NCBI GenBank assembly: GCA_013239625.1
Contig: MU056050.1
Coordinates: forward strand, 6,465,715-6,529,714
Direction of reading: 5' to 3'
Source of the DNA: Lama guanicoe
Lineage: Eukaryota
DNA length: 64,000 nt
The notes under the pieces are model-generated. The model had not been told where the DNA came from. It saw nothing but the letters and a program-made list of their open reading frames with translations, and did not search any database. The translations under genes were made by a program, and so were the position numbers. Numbering within the stretch: the stretch's first letter is position 1; the number at the start of each line of letters is the position of its first letter. Shown here one piece after another: positions 12,371-26,000 of this stretch.

Positions 12371-14301
12371 AATACCACCTGAGCCCTCGGTCTTACTTCC
12401 CGTGCTGCCCTCACGTGAACCTTCCTCTTCAGCCAGCAGGGCTTTTCCAGGCCCTTTGGACAAGCCTTCTGCTGTCTGGCTCTTGTACTTCAGCTGCCCC
12501 CAGGCCCCTGCCCAGGGTGCCCTCCTCATTTCTTAGTCCCTTCCTTAAAGTGCCCTAAAAACTCCCATGAGCACCCCAAGCAGCAGTTTCCCCCATCCAA
12601 AGGATCCAGACATTTGCATGTTTACTAGGGCACAGAGTTGCTCCAGACCTGGTCAGAGCGGGTCTGACCAATGGTGGTGGGTTCCCACATCGGAGCCCTA
12701 AGCATCTGGATTCTGTGGGCTGAATGGTCCTCGTTCTTTCAGGGTCACAGAGCCTCAGGTTCACGTTCACATGGCTCCCAGCCAGAGAGGGCAGGACAGG
12801 GCCATGATCATGGTGCACCGAGCGTCTCTCTTCCACGGTGAGCACAGGGGCAGGCCAGGCTCCGAGCTTCAGGCCGTGGCAGCAAACTGTGTTGGCAAGA
12901 GCATCTGGCTGGGAATCAGGAAACCAGGGTCCTTGCACCAGCACTCTGGCCGATTTGATGCACACATGACCTGAGGCAAAGCCTTCACTCTCTCAGTGGG
13001 CCTCAGTGTCCCCTCTTCTGCAATATGAAACCTAGGGCTTGCCCTTCCTAACTGTGCGATGAGCAGATGAGGGGATGGGAAGACTCCTCTGAGAGCAGAA
13101 AATGCTTGTCAAATGCTAACAATTCTTGTATTTGTTTCTTGTCGTAACTACCGCTTCTGTCCTCACCAGCATGTAGGCCTGGGGAGCAGGTGAGTGGGTG
13201 GGTGAATACTTATTGAACTGGCATAGGCAAACACGTGCTAGGATTCAGGCAGATGGGGCTTTGCAATATGACCATTCCCCAGTTTCTGAAGGGCTTGTCG
13301 TGGACAGGAGCTGAGGCTGAGCAAAGGGTCAGATACAGAGCTGCTCCAACACACCTCCCGTAGAATACGCACCATCTGGAAGAAGGCACTCTCTACACCC
13401 TCTAGTTAGAAAGTTCTTTGTTAGGCTGCTAATTTAGCTGTGTGGCCTTGGGTGAATGACTTTCCCTCCCTGGGCCCTAGTTTCCTTAGAAGAAAATGTA
13501 CCTGTCATCACTCTTGCCACTGGAAAAGAGCTTGATTATTTCTTGGCTCCATCATATCTATTGTGCAGGGGTGGCATGTGGTCTCTCTGGGGCTGGGAAG
13601 CATTAAGCTGGGACAGACTTCATCCAAACAATACATGGTTTCCCCCAAATAAAGGGGGCCTCCTAGGTTCCTTCACCTCGTGGGACCTAAGAGCTGCCCA
13701 GGAGTGAGCAGACCAGAGACAGAATTCTGGACACGCAATGGCTAAATCAGAGAATCTCAAACCCTTGGAGCCAAAAGGCACTGCCCAGGTCCTCAAGCCA
13801 GGCCGTTGTCAGCCTCCGAAATGAACTATCCCAGATGGCATTCTTATGGGGGACCCACTGCCACTCCAGGGCTGGGGCAGTTCTGTCTGTCAGCTGGAAC
13901 TTCATCCATCTTCCTCCTGCTCTAGAAAGCAGATCACTTCTCTCAACTTATGAAAAGTACTTGCATGTGTGGTCTGGTCGTTGTAACATTGTTTGGAAAA
14001 GGAAAAAACCAAAAGCAACCTAAATGTCCACCAGCAGTGGATTAGTTCAGTAAGTTACGGGGCAGCTATAGTACGGGAATGCTCTGCAGAGACTTTTTTT
14101 TTTAATGTAGTAGGCATAAAAGTATGGATACAGAAAGTTATCCAAGATATATAATTAAAGTGAAAAAAGCCAAGCTGTGTTTTTTTTCATACAATATGTA
14201 TTTTTCATACAAGGTATATGATGCATTATATAGGTTAAACACACACATGCAACTATATATTTTTATAGTACAGTGCATATTCATGTAATGCATATTCTGT
14301 A

Positions 14302-16962
14302 TGTGTTTTAAGGTTTTCCAGAGAAATAGGCTCAATAGCTGATATCTATCTGTCTATCCATCTAGATGTAGATATATATTTTTATGAGGAATTGGCTCAC
14401 ACAATCAGGAAGGCTGAGAAGTCGCACGACCTGTCATCTGCAAGCTGGACAGCCAGAAGAGCCAGTAGTGTTGTTCCAGTCCGAGTCTGAAGACTTGAGA
14501 AACTAGGGGAGCCAATGGCCTAGGTCCCAGTCTCAAGGCAGGAGAAAACCCACATCCCAGCTAAGCAGGTAGATAGGAAGAGAACAAATTGTCCTTTCCT
14601 CTGCTTTTTTTAAACATTTTTTATTGAGTTATAGTCATTTTACAATGTTGTGTTAAATACCAGTGTAGAGCACAATTTTTCAGTTATACATGAACATACA
14701 TATATTCATTGTCACATTTTTTTCGCTCTACCACAAGATTTTGCATATATTTCCCTGTGCTATACAGTATAATCTTGTTTATCTATGCTACATATGCCTG
14801 TCAGTATCTATAAATTTTGAAATCCCACTCTGTCCCTTCCCACCCCCTCCCCCTTGGCAACCACAAGTTTGTATTCTATGTCTATGAGTCTGTTTCTGTT
14901 TTGCATTTATGTTCTTTTTTTTTTTTAGATTCCATATACGAGTGATCTCATACGGTATTTTTCTTTCTTTTTCTGGCTTACTTCACTTAGAATGACATTC
15001 TCCAGGAGCATCCATGTTGCTGCAAATGGGGTTATGTTGTTGTTTTTTATGGCTGAATAGTATTCCACTGTATAAATATACCACCACTTCTTTATCCAGT
15101 CATCTGTTGATGGACATTTAGGCTGTTTCCATATCTTGGCTATTGTAAATAGTGCTGCTATGAACATTGGGGTGCAGGTGTCATTCTGAAGTAGGGGTCC
15201 TTCTGGATATATGCCCAGGAGAGGGCATTCCTGGGTCATATGGAAAGCCTATTCCTAGTCTTTTGAGGAATCTCCACATTGTTTTCCACAGTGGCTGCAC
15301 CAAACTGCATTCCCACCAGCAGTGTAGGAGGGTTCCCTTTTCTCCACAGCCTCTGCAGCATTTATCATTTGTGGACTTTTGAATGATTCTGGTGTGAGGT
15401 GATACCTCATCATAGTTTTGATTTGCATTTCTCTGATAATTAGTGATATTGAGCATTTTTTCATGGGCCTGTTGATCATTTGTATTTCTTCCTCGGAGAA
15501 TTGCTTGTTTAGGTCTTCTGCCCATTTTTGGACTGGGTTTGTTTTTTTCTTAATTTTTGGACTTGTTTTTTTCTTATTAAGTTGTATAAGCTGCTTATAT
15601 ATTCTGGAGATCAAGCCTTTGTCGGTTCCATTGTTTGCAAAAATTTTCTCCCATTCTGTAGGTTGTCGTTTTGTTTTACTTATGGTTTCCTTTGCTGTGC
15701 AGAAGCTTGTAAGTTTAGTTAGGCCCCATTGGTTTATTCTTGCTTTTATTTCTATTGCTTGGATAAACTGTCCTGGGAGAACATTTTTGGGATGTATGTT
15801 AGATAATGTTTTGCCTATGTTTTCTTCTAGGAGGTTTATTGTATCTTGTCTTATGTTTAAGTCTTTGATCCACTTTGAGTTTATTTTTGTGTATGGTGTA
15901 AGGGAGTGTTCTAGCTTCATTAATTTACATGCTGTGGTCCAGTTTTCCCAACACCATTTGCTGAAGAGACTGTCTTTATTCCATTGTATATTATTGCCTC
16001 CTTTGTCGAAGATGAGTTGACCAAAAGTTTGTGGGTTCATTTCTGGGCTCTCTATTCTGTTCCATTGGTCTGTATGTCTGTTTTTGTACCACTACCATGC
16101 TGTCTTGATGACTGTAGCTCTATAGTATTGTCTGAAGTCTGGGAGAGTTATTCCTCCATGCTCTTTCTTTCTCTTCAGTAATGCTTTGGCAATTCTAGGT
16201 CTTTGATGGTTCCATATAAATTTTATTATGATTTGTTCTAGTTCTGTGAAATATGTCCTGGGTAATTGGATAGGGATTGCATTAAATCCGTAGATTGCCT
16301 TGGGCAGTGTGACCATTTTAACAATATTGATTCTTCCAATCCAGGAGCTTGGGCTATCTTTCCATTTTTTAAAGTCTTCTTTAATTTCCTTCATCAATGG
16401 TTTATAGTTTTCCGTGTATAAGTCTTTCACCTCCTTGGTTAGATTTATTCCTGGGAGCTTTATTACTTTGGCTGCTATTTTAAAGGGGATTGTTTCTTTA
16501 TTTTCTTTTTCTGTTGATTCATCGTTAGTGTAAAGAAATGGAACTGATTATTGAACGTTAATCTTGTAACCTGCTACCTTGCTGAATTCTTCGATTAGTT
16601 CTAGTAGTTTTTGTGTGGACCTTTTAGGATTTTCTATATATAGTATCATGTTATCTAAATATAGTGACACTTTTACCTCTTCTTTTCCAATTTGGATCCC
16701 TTTTATTTCTCTGTCTTGTCTGATTGCTGTGGCTAGGACTTCCAAGACTATGTTGAACCTTTCCTCTGCTTTTTGTTCTATTTGGGTCTTCAACAGATTG
16801 GATGGTGCCCACTCACACGGGGGAGGGCGATCTCCTGTACTGAGTCCATTGATTCCAATACCAGTCTCTTCCTGAAATGCCCTCACAGACACACTCAGAA
16901 ATCATGTTTAATCTGGGCACCCGGCAGCCCAGTCCAGTCGACACATAAAATTAACCGTCATG
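14302..16962 (-). mobile_element. MLT2 (ERVL) LTR split by a young L1 insertion
   Basis: Left part gaggaattggctcacacaatc...ggctgagaagtc; right part ends acacataaaattaaccgtca (reverse complement of the MLT2 5' end). Confidence 0.8.
14610..16757 (-). mobile_element. Young 5'-truncated L1 (end of ORF2 plus 3' UTR) with 17-bp TSD
   Basis: ORF2 peptides ([34 protein letters not shown]) broken by frameshifts and stops; TSD cctttcctctgcttttt at 14593-14609 and 16758-16774. Confidence 0.95.
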
Positions 16963-18454
16963 GTGTGCAACTGCATAGACAAAAGCTTAAAAGGGATTAC
17001 CCAAAACCCTAATAATGCTTACCTTCTGGAAAGGGACTGGCTTGGGAAGGCAGTCTCAAGGAGATCTTCCAAAATAACTGAATTTTGGAATTTTTCCAAA
17101 TGTGAGCTTATTCATCAATTTAGTTTCTAATTAAAAATGCAATTTAACAATAAAGCATATGGAAAGAGGCACAGAAATCTATTAGTAGTTGGTTGCCAGG
17201 GATTAAGGATGGGCGGGCCAGGGGGTGGGTGCGACTCTGAAGGAGTGGCACAAGGGAGCTCCTTTATGGTGGTGATTATGCAAAACTATACCCGTGATAA
17301 AACTGCATCGAACATACACAAAAACACGCACAAACAAATGAGTGCATGGAAAAACTCCTGAAATCTGGATAAGGTCTGTGGTCCCAGCAGATGGTGCACC
17401 GGTATCATTTCACTGGGCTTGATGTGGTGCAGTGGTTCGGTAAGAAGATGTTATCACTGCGGACAGCTGCATGAAGGCTATGTGGGACCTCTCTGTGCTG
17501 TTTTTGCAACTTCTTGTGAGTCTCCAGCTATTTGAAAATAAACAATTCAGAAAGGGGAGGCACAGAGAACCTTTTGAACCTTTTGAGGTGATGAAGATGT
17601 TTCCTATCTGGAATGTGGTGATGGATATATAACTGCATACATTTGCTAAAACACATTGTGTTGTACACTTAAAAGGGTGAATCTTAATGTATGTAAATTG
17701 TACTTTAATAAATCAACTTTTAAAAAAACCTTCTACCAGAGGACAAATGGGTGAAACTGATACTATTGTAGGAAGAATAGCTTTAAGTTATGAAAACAAG
17801 AAAATCATTCACAAACTTTTGCATTTTGTGGTTAAAAACTTACTCTCAACATGCTTCACAATAGCCAGCAATGCCTGTGCCCAGGATGGGGTCCCTGTCA
17901 GATGCTCAGCCCCCTCTGATGACAAGAAGCCCCTCACTTAATACTGCAGCCCACACCATTGTTGGGAGAACTATGATAAAAAGATCCTTATTGGGCTACC
18001 AATTAGCTGCGTAGCCTTGTACTTTCCTTCTCTGGGCTTTGGTTTCCTTAGAAGAAAATGGACTAGATGACTACTCAAGTCCCCTCCAGCTCTCACATTC
18101 TGAGTCACTGAAAATTAGAATTTACCTCCTTGTACCTATTGACCTGGTTCTGCCTTCTGGAGTCACCAAGAACTTGGCTCTGTGTCACAGTAACAGCCAG
18201 AACATTGCACACTGGAAGTCGGCTCCCCTGTGCCCTCCACATGGAGAGGCGTTAAGGGGCAGGGGCTAAGATCACAGCATCTGCAGTATCAACCTGGAGT
18301 CTGACTCTGGACTCAGCCACTTCCCAGCTGTGTGACCTTAGGCGGTCACCTCTGTGGGCTTCAGGGCCCCAGCTGTAAAAAAGGGACTAATAGTACAAAC
18401 CTCATGGGGTGGGGGGATGGGGAATAAATGAGATGATATATGTAAATTGGGGTG

Positions 18455-18942
18455 TGTGGTCAGAAGAATAATGGCTCCCTAAAGAGGTCCACATCCAGAA
18501 TTATGTGTTATGTTATATGGCAAGGGGGAATTACAGTTGCTAATCAGCTAACTTTAAAACAGGGAGATGAGGGAATTATCCCAGATTATGTGGTGGGCCC
18601 AATATAATGAGGGTCTTTAGAAGTGAAAGGGAGCAAGGTACAAGAGTCAGATTCAGAATTGATGGGACATAAGAAAGTCTCAGTTGGCCATTGCTGGCTT
18701 GGAAAATGGAAAGGCATCATGAACCAAGGAATGTGGGCACTTCTAGAAGCCAGAAAAAATGGAGGAACCAGATTCTCCCTGGAGCCTCCAGAAGGAACAC
18801 AGACCTGCTGACATCTTGATTTTAGTCCAGTGAGACCCATTGCAGACTTTTGACCTCCTGAACTGTAAAAGGATATATTTGTGTTGTTTTAAGCTACTAA
18901 ATTTGTGATGATTTGTTACAGCAATGATAGGAAACTAACACA
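18455..18942 (+). mobile_element. MaLR LTR (MLT1D-like)
   Basis: tgtggtcagaagaataatggctcc...ttctccctggagcctccagaagga...gttacagcaatgataggaaactaacaca. Confidence 0.8.
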
Positions 18943-20083
18943 GGATGGCCCCAACCCTCTCCTGACTGGCCTCCCTGGACCTACGCTTGCCTCTCTCCAA
19001 TCCATTCCTCACAATGCAGCTAAAATGGTATCTCCCTTATCTAACCAAGCCACATTCCATAATACAACTCTTCACCCTGTTCAAATGTGCCCCAGGACCC
19101 TTGAACCTGCTATCTCTGTTTCAAAGGTGACATGGTCCCCTAGTAACACATAGCCCTCAAAAATTGACTTAAAGATGAAAACTCTGATCCCCATTCTGGG
19201 TCAGGTTCTCTGGATCAGTGCTCTCACAGCACTCCGCACCCCTCTGCAGCACATGTAGGTTTCTAAATAAATACGTGTTATGTATCTGCTTCTGGTTTAT
19301 TGGCCAGTAGGCTGTAAGCTTCCCCGGGGCAGGGACAGTGTCTGCCTCACTCAGCCCAGTGTCTGGCATGTAGGGAATATTCAATAAATGGCATCTGTTA
19401 TCACTTTTTTTTAAATCCTCACCATTCCTGGCACAAACACTCCCGAATTTTCAGTCCCCTTTAAAAAATGGTACCCCTGCCTTGATCCTGTCCTCCAGGA
19501 GTGGCAAGAACAGCACAAAGCAGAAGCAGAAGATGCTGTCCCCGCTCACGGGAGGCAGGCATCCCACTTCTATTAATGCAGCTGAAGGCCAGGATCCTGC
19601 TCCACTAACTGCATCACACTCTTAGCTCTAGCTGCGCTTAAGGTCACTTGCACCACCCACACACCTGCCCTAATTTTTGTTCCCATCAGAACATCTGTCA
19701 AGCTAGCTTTCTCCATCCTGTTTCTGTATGGTTGTTCTCTGCAACCTAAGCACTGAGCTGTCCTCTCATCCTGGTGGGGCTTCCATCAGCTTGTGTTGCA
19801 CCCTCATTCTAACCTGTTTAAATCTTCCTGAGTCCTAATTCAGCCATCCACCATGATAACCCAGCCTCGTGTCATCTGCACACCTGGGCCATGTGTCCCC
19901 GTGCCTGCTTCCAAGTCCTGGATAACAAAGTGGAGCAGGGCAAGGCTAGGAACAGGGCCCTGGAAATGCACGTCAAGTCCCTCTGGGCACAGCACCGACT
20001 TCGAGGCTTTGAGTCCACAACACAAACTGTGCCTAGGTCAAGTCCTGACTTTGCCGCCTTTGGCTATGAAATTGAGGTTAACA

Positions 20084-20526
20084 GTATATGAGTTTCCTAG
20101 GGCTGCCGTAATGAAGTACCACAAACTTGCTGGCTTAAAACAACAGAAACTTATTCTTTTACAGCACTGGAGGCTGGAAGTCCAAAATCAAGTTGCCTGC
20201 TGGGCCAGGCTCCCTCCAAAGGCTCTAGTTAGGATTCTTCCCTGCCTCTTCCAGCTTCTAGTGGCTCCTGGTGTTCCTTGGCTTATGGCAGCGTAACTGC
20301 AGTTTCTGCCACATACCCTTTTTCTGGTGTGTGTGTGTGTGCATGCGCACGCGCATCCTTTCCTCTTGCTATATGGACACCGGTCATCGAATTTATGACC
20401 CACCCTGCTCCAGTATGACCTCATCTTAACTCATTACATCTGCAAAGACCCTACATCCAAATAAGATCACATTCTAAAATTTTGGGTGGACATGAATTTT
20501 GGGAGGACACTATTCAACCCACTACA
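20084..20526 (-). mobile_element. MaLR LTR (MLT1B/C-like)
   Basis: ggctgccgtaatgaagtaccacaaac...ggcttaaaacaacagaaac...gacactattcaacccactaca. Confidence 0.8.
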
Positions 20527-22576
20527 CATGGTAACACTTTGTCATAGGACCTCCATGAGAATAGAGGAGGACAATGTAGGGCAGGGCTTCTCAAAGTGTA
20601 CCAGGCACACAAACACCTGGGGCTGTCGTTAAAATGCAGACTTGGATTCAGCCAGCCAAGGGTGGACCTGCATTTCTCATGAGCTCCCAGGTGATGCCCT
20701 TGTGGCTCCTCTGCGCTTTGAATAACAAGGATGTAGGTGAAAGAAAGTGCTTTGAAAACAGATGTCCGGTAGGCTTATTCTATTTCTTTTGTAATGAGCT
20801 TTTCTCATGCTCCTGTCTCCCCACCCACCTGGCTTTCTTGCGAACTGTAGAAAATAAAGTGTTTTACTTTGGGTTTTCCCCAAGAGCAGATCTAGAGGCA
20901 ATGACTGGGATTTAGGGAGTTTACTGGGGGAGGTGGTCCCATAAAGCACACAGGCAGAAATACAGAAAGTGAGAAAAGGGGGAAAAGCCATGTACAGGGC
21001 ATGAAATAGCAGTTGGTCCCAGGTGCAACCCTGGCTCCATCCTGTCAGGGACTGGCTAAGAAACGGTGGTGTCATTCCTCAGAACTGTCCTGCTGGATGC
21101 TGGGATGCAGTGGGGAGGGGAAGGCTAGAGCATTTTCGCACTGATTCCCATCCCCCATCAGTTGAAAGTTGCTCTGGGGTTGGGTTCCTACGTTAGGCTA
21201 GGCAAGCTCCAGAGATGCTGGAAAAAGCCCTCCCTCCATTGGAGAAGCTGCAGGCACTGGAAGTGGGGAACCCCGGCTTTCTGGAAAGAACCTTCTGGTA
21301 CAGCTGCTGGTGACCCCAGCTAGACTGCTATGGGGGGTGGGGAGATCATCGCCATCTACTACAAAAGCCTTCCAGGTTTGAATGTAATCTGTTTCTCTAC
21401 CGTTCTGTTTTAAGTGCATGAGCTCCACAAGCAAGCTCTCGCTAATGTTTATGATTGTGATTGTCATCCAGCCCCAGTGGACACCTTGCCCATAGGAGTG
21501 TAATGGGAGAATCTGTCAGTGGCCCACTGAAACTCACAGGCACAGCACCCCACCCCAGCCCTGCCTTCCCACGGGGAAAATCATTTTTACTGTGGGTGCA
21601 TGGCAAGAAGAACTCGCCCTTTGGGTAATGGAATTATGCTTCAGAGTCACCTTTGGAAGGACCTGCTGCCCTATTTCACAACCTCTACCTTCACCTAATT
21701 CAAAAGAGCCTCACTGAACGTTCAGTATCATGTTTCATCCGAATCACTCCCTTACAAGGTAGTTGCTTTGACTGTCCCCATTTTATAGCCAAGGACACTG
21801 AGAACCAAAAAAGCTAAGTCACTTGCCTGAGATCACTCGGTAAGTGGCAGAAGTGAGTTCCTATCTGAAGACAGCCTATCTGACTCACTGTACTCTGCGG
21901 GAAGATTCCGTTGGAGACACTAGGCAATGACAATTAAATACAAATCTAAGCTCACCTCCATACCCCTCTGTTGGGTAAGAACAGTAAGACCCGCTTTTAT
22001 TTGTATTCGGCTTCTAGTCCTAGTATAACACAGTGGGTCCATTAGGGTGCGATGCTTCACTTTGAAAAATAAGTGACTGCAAGTAAAATGTTTGTATTCC
22101 TTTTTATGAATTAATGTGTATTTACTTTATTCTGTATTGGAATTCATTCAGATGGATGAATTCATTAGGATGGATGGATTTTTCTTAGATAATTGGTAAA
22201 TGAATAGATTCAGAGCCTAACAAACAAAAGATCATGGAGAAATGAAATAAATAAATTTAAGGTCATTAGTTTAAAACAATTTCACCATCGGATTTCCTCA
22301 AGTAGTGATTTTTCCCCCAGTGCATCAAATGGAAGATTCCACTCCCATACACATTTTAGGAACACACTCACAAAATAAGAGAGATCCACCCTCCAGTTAC
22401 ATTTGGGGCCATTTTCCCTCCCTCTCAGGGCTGCAGACTCCCTGAAGGAGGGGGTGATGGAAGTTCTTCACTACAGTGATTTCCCTGCACATCGCATGGC
22501 CGGGGCCACAGGCGTGTTACCTGGCGAGGTCTGGAACTCCTAAGGTCAAGTCAGCCAGCCCTTGAAAATGAGCCCA

Positions 22577-23058
22577 GCATGGAGGCAGCCTAGATGTCCG
22601 TCGATAGGTGACTGGATAAAGAAGATGTGGTGTGTTTGTGCGGTGGAGTACTACTCGGCCATAGAGACCGGCAGCGTAACGCCATTTGCAGCGGCATGGA
22701 TGCTCCTGGAGAGTGTCATTCTAAGTGAAGTAAGCCAGAAAGAGAAAGAAAAATACCATATGAGATCGCTCATATGTGGAATCTAAAGACTCATGGACAG
22801 AGAATACAGACTTGTGGTTACCAGGGGGGTAGAGGGTGGGAAGGGATAGACTGGGATTTCAAAATTGTAGAATAGATAAACAAGATTACACTGTATAGCA
22901 CAGGGAAATATACACAAAATGTTATGATAAATCACAGAGAAAAAAATGTGACAATGAGTGTGTATATGTCCATGAATGACTGAAAAAGTGTGCTGAACAC
23001 TGGAATTTGACACAACATTGTAAAATGATTATAAATCAATAAAAAATGTTAAAAAAAA
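22577..23058 (+). mobile_element. Young 5'-truncated L1 with an A-to-G hypermutated 5' segment and 13-bp TSD
   Basis: TSD gaaaatgagccca at 22564-22576 and 23059-23071, preceded by TT; 3' UTR nearly identical to the copy at 49603-49872; short poly-A. Confidence 0.95.
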
Positions 23059-26000
23059 GAAAATGAGCCCATAAGGCTCTTGGGGACAGAGGAAAGAGAG
23101 TGTGGAGTGGGAAATGTGAGCTTTTCTGCATTTCTTCAACTCTGGCTTATTTCTGTTTTTGCATACTCATCGCTCGCAATAGAGAACACAGAAAAGAAGA
23201 GGCCTCGGTCTCTGCCTTGAAGGCGTCGACAATCCATTTGGAGAGACAGGTGGAACACACTGGAAACAGCTCGCGTGCAGTACAAGAGAACTGAAGAGTC
23301 GTGTGAGAGCGCGGGGTTCTGCCTGAAAATGCGAAAGGGGCCTTGGACAGGAGCCGGGTGTGGACTGAGAGACACACAGTAACAGAGTCGCCAGGTTTCA
23401 GTCCCACTTTCCTGTGCTGTCTTGGAAATGAGGCAAATGTGACCCTTTCCAAACAGAGGAGGCATCAACACCAGAGGTTGGCCATCCATATTCCTCGAGG
23501 GGCCAGTTTGGGTCAGTTCAGGTGGGATGAGGGGAAGGCGGGGTAGAGAAGAAAGCCCCAGTGTAGGCCTGGCAGCGACCCCCTGCCCTACTCCGCAGTG
23601 AGACACCATGAATGACACTGTGGCTCCGGCCGGGCCAGTGCAAGGGTGCAGAGGGGCTCTGGACCAGCTCCCTTCCACAGACTATTGCTACCCCATCATC
23701 CCAACACAGAAATGCGCATGTCTGCATTAAAATCTGTGATGAGGATGGCAGGGAGGAGTGGTAGGGGGAGACCCTTGGGACAAAATTCTAAGCCAGTGTC
23801 TCTGCTGCAAGTACCTTGGCTTGTTTATTAGTATGACTTTCCATGCTCACTGCCACCCAGAGTTCAAGCCCCCAGAATCCATCTGTGGGTAAGATTCAAG
23901 CTGAATCTGAAATGGGGTCTGGGGTTCTGCCTCCGCCTGTGGTTGTCCCACCAGCGCAGCTCACCGGGCCAGATGCAGCCTGGACCCGCCTGCTTGGCCT
24001 CGGGAACACCAAACTCAGGCCAGCCAGAGTGATCCACCCCAGGCTCAGTCTCCAGAAACACCTTCATTAAAAGCTTTGTAAGATGCCAGTAAACAACGCA
24101 CTAATGAAATCCGCAGATAAGCTAAAAACCGGACTGCTCAGAATCAGCCAAGACTGAGATTGAGTCTCCAGAGGCCCCAGAGGTTAGAAACATGGTTAGG
24201 AAATAAGCAAGTGAAATGTAGCCTGGACAGGGGCCAGCCAACCTCATGTGGAAGTTGCCAGATCCTCCCACAGTTATCAGGAGGCGGGAGGGCTGAGGGG
24301 AATGGCAGAGCTAAGGAAGGCAGGAGGCAGGATGCGGCAGGGGCTTGAGGGGCAGCCCCACCCCAGTCATTGGGGGTGAGTGTGTAGACATGGCACATGC
24401 CCCAGGGAACAGGCACCTACCTGCTCATATGGGGCTGGCAGAATTCTGAGGAGGCTCAGGAGGACCAAGGGGTTCCAGGGAGAGCAGAGCTGTAGGGGTG
24501 CTGGACCAGAAGGGTGTTATGAATAAGTCATATTTGGGGCACTTTTGCATCAGAAGTACCAGAATCTCTGGTGCCCACCTGTCCCCTGGGAATCCACAGC
24601 AAGCCTAGACCCCAGGAAAAGCTGAGTCAGCAAAGATGACAGTCATCAAGTGTCCGGAGGCAGACAGACCTGGGTCCCACTCCTAGCCCCGTTCTGAACC
24701 TGCAGAAGACTTGTTATTTAACTTTCTTTGGCCTCATTTCCCTCATCTGTAAAATGGGATGATATTTGACTTTCCTCATAGAGTGTCCTGTGGAAAAAAT
24801 AAGATAATGCTTGTGAAGCAATAAGCACAATTCTTATCTTAGCCCACAGTGTCAGCCAAGAGGGAGGGGAGGAGGAAACTAAAGACTGTCTGCAGGAGCC
24901 CTCACCACGGTGTCCCTCCATATCTCTTCCCCTCAGAACCTGCCCCTGCTGGGGCTCCAGGAAAACCCATACTCTCCTCAGCTTGTAAATAACTGGTCCC
25001 TCCAAACACTACCCTCTGCTAAGCCTCAGTTCCTGAAAGAACAGGCACTGCCATGTTCATGACCAATCATGGATGAATCTTGCTCTACCCATAGCTCTTG
25101 CATTAATGGAGACCACTATACCTTTAGTTCCAACTAAAATTTTGAACTTTGAGCTTTTTTTCCAAAGATTTATAAAGCAAGTCTTAGTGTGTCATTTATG
25201 AGCAACAGACAATATCTAAATGTTGGGCTGGTTATCTTTGGTTGATGTTGCCTGGGGGGGCCAAGACCATGGATTCCATTCCAGCGTGGACCACTTTCTT
25301 TTATTTAGCCCTAGCCATGGACTCAGGCCTAATTCAACCATAACCCTAGTCTCAACCTGAACCCCAACCCTAGTCACCCTGCTCAAAATGGAGTGTGAAC
25401 AACAACAACAAAAAAGGAATGTGAGAGGCTCAGGCCAATCCCATGCTCAACACAGGGAAAACAACCGTAAGACATCTCACAGGAACTGCATTTGTTAATT
25501 GAGTCTTCTCTCACAATTATGAGCTTTCACTGAATCTGAAGTTGCACAGAATAATCTCCCTCAAAGAATAAGAGAGCCTTGGAACCTGCCCTCTGGGCCC
25601 TTACAGTCTCAAACTGGCAGTGACTACAGCTAGAAGTCCAAAGGCAATGCATGAATGAATAAGATGTTTTCTCTTATTGGATCAAGACTCAAGGAACCTT
25701 TCAATTATATAAAAAAAATATATATATATACAGAAAAAAAAAGACTCAAGGACCTGGAGGGGTGTGCTGCCATGGTGACAATGAGCCTCTGGGGGTGCCA
25801 GGCTGAGCTGGGTGAAGAGAATGCACTGCTGCTCTCATAGGTCCAAGAAGTGTTTCTCCTCCCTCCATACACCTGGGTTATGCCAACCTCCAGCAAGAGA
25901 GCCAGAGATAGGCCTACTGGTAAGACCCACTGCCTGGAAACTTGACCCAGCTCCCAGCAGAGAGACTGGCCTCCATCTGGGCTGTTCCTTACCATGAGCA

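Noticed and set aside
15255..16430. Long ORFs resembling reverse-transcriptase-associated protein
   Set aside because: Fragments of L1 ORF2 in a 5'-truncated, frameshifted copy; not a host gene.
22577..22713. APOBEC3 editing or CpG decay as the cause of the differences between the L1 copies
   Set aside because: Three other copies and the ORF2 protein consensus support A as ancestral, and most sites are not CpG; the direction is sense-strand A-to-G.
25335..25380. Telomere-like aaccct repeats
   Set aside because: Too short and degenerate to call an interstitial telomeric repeat.
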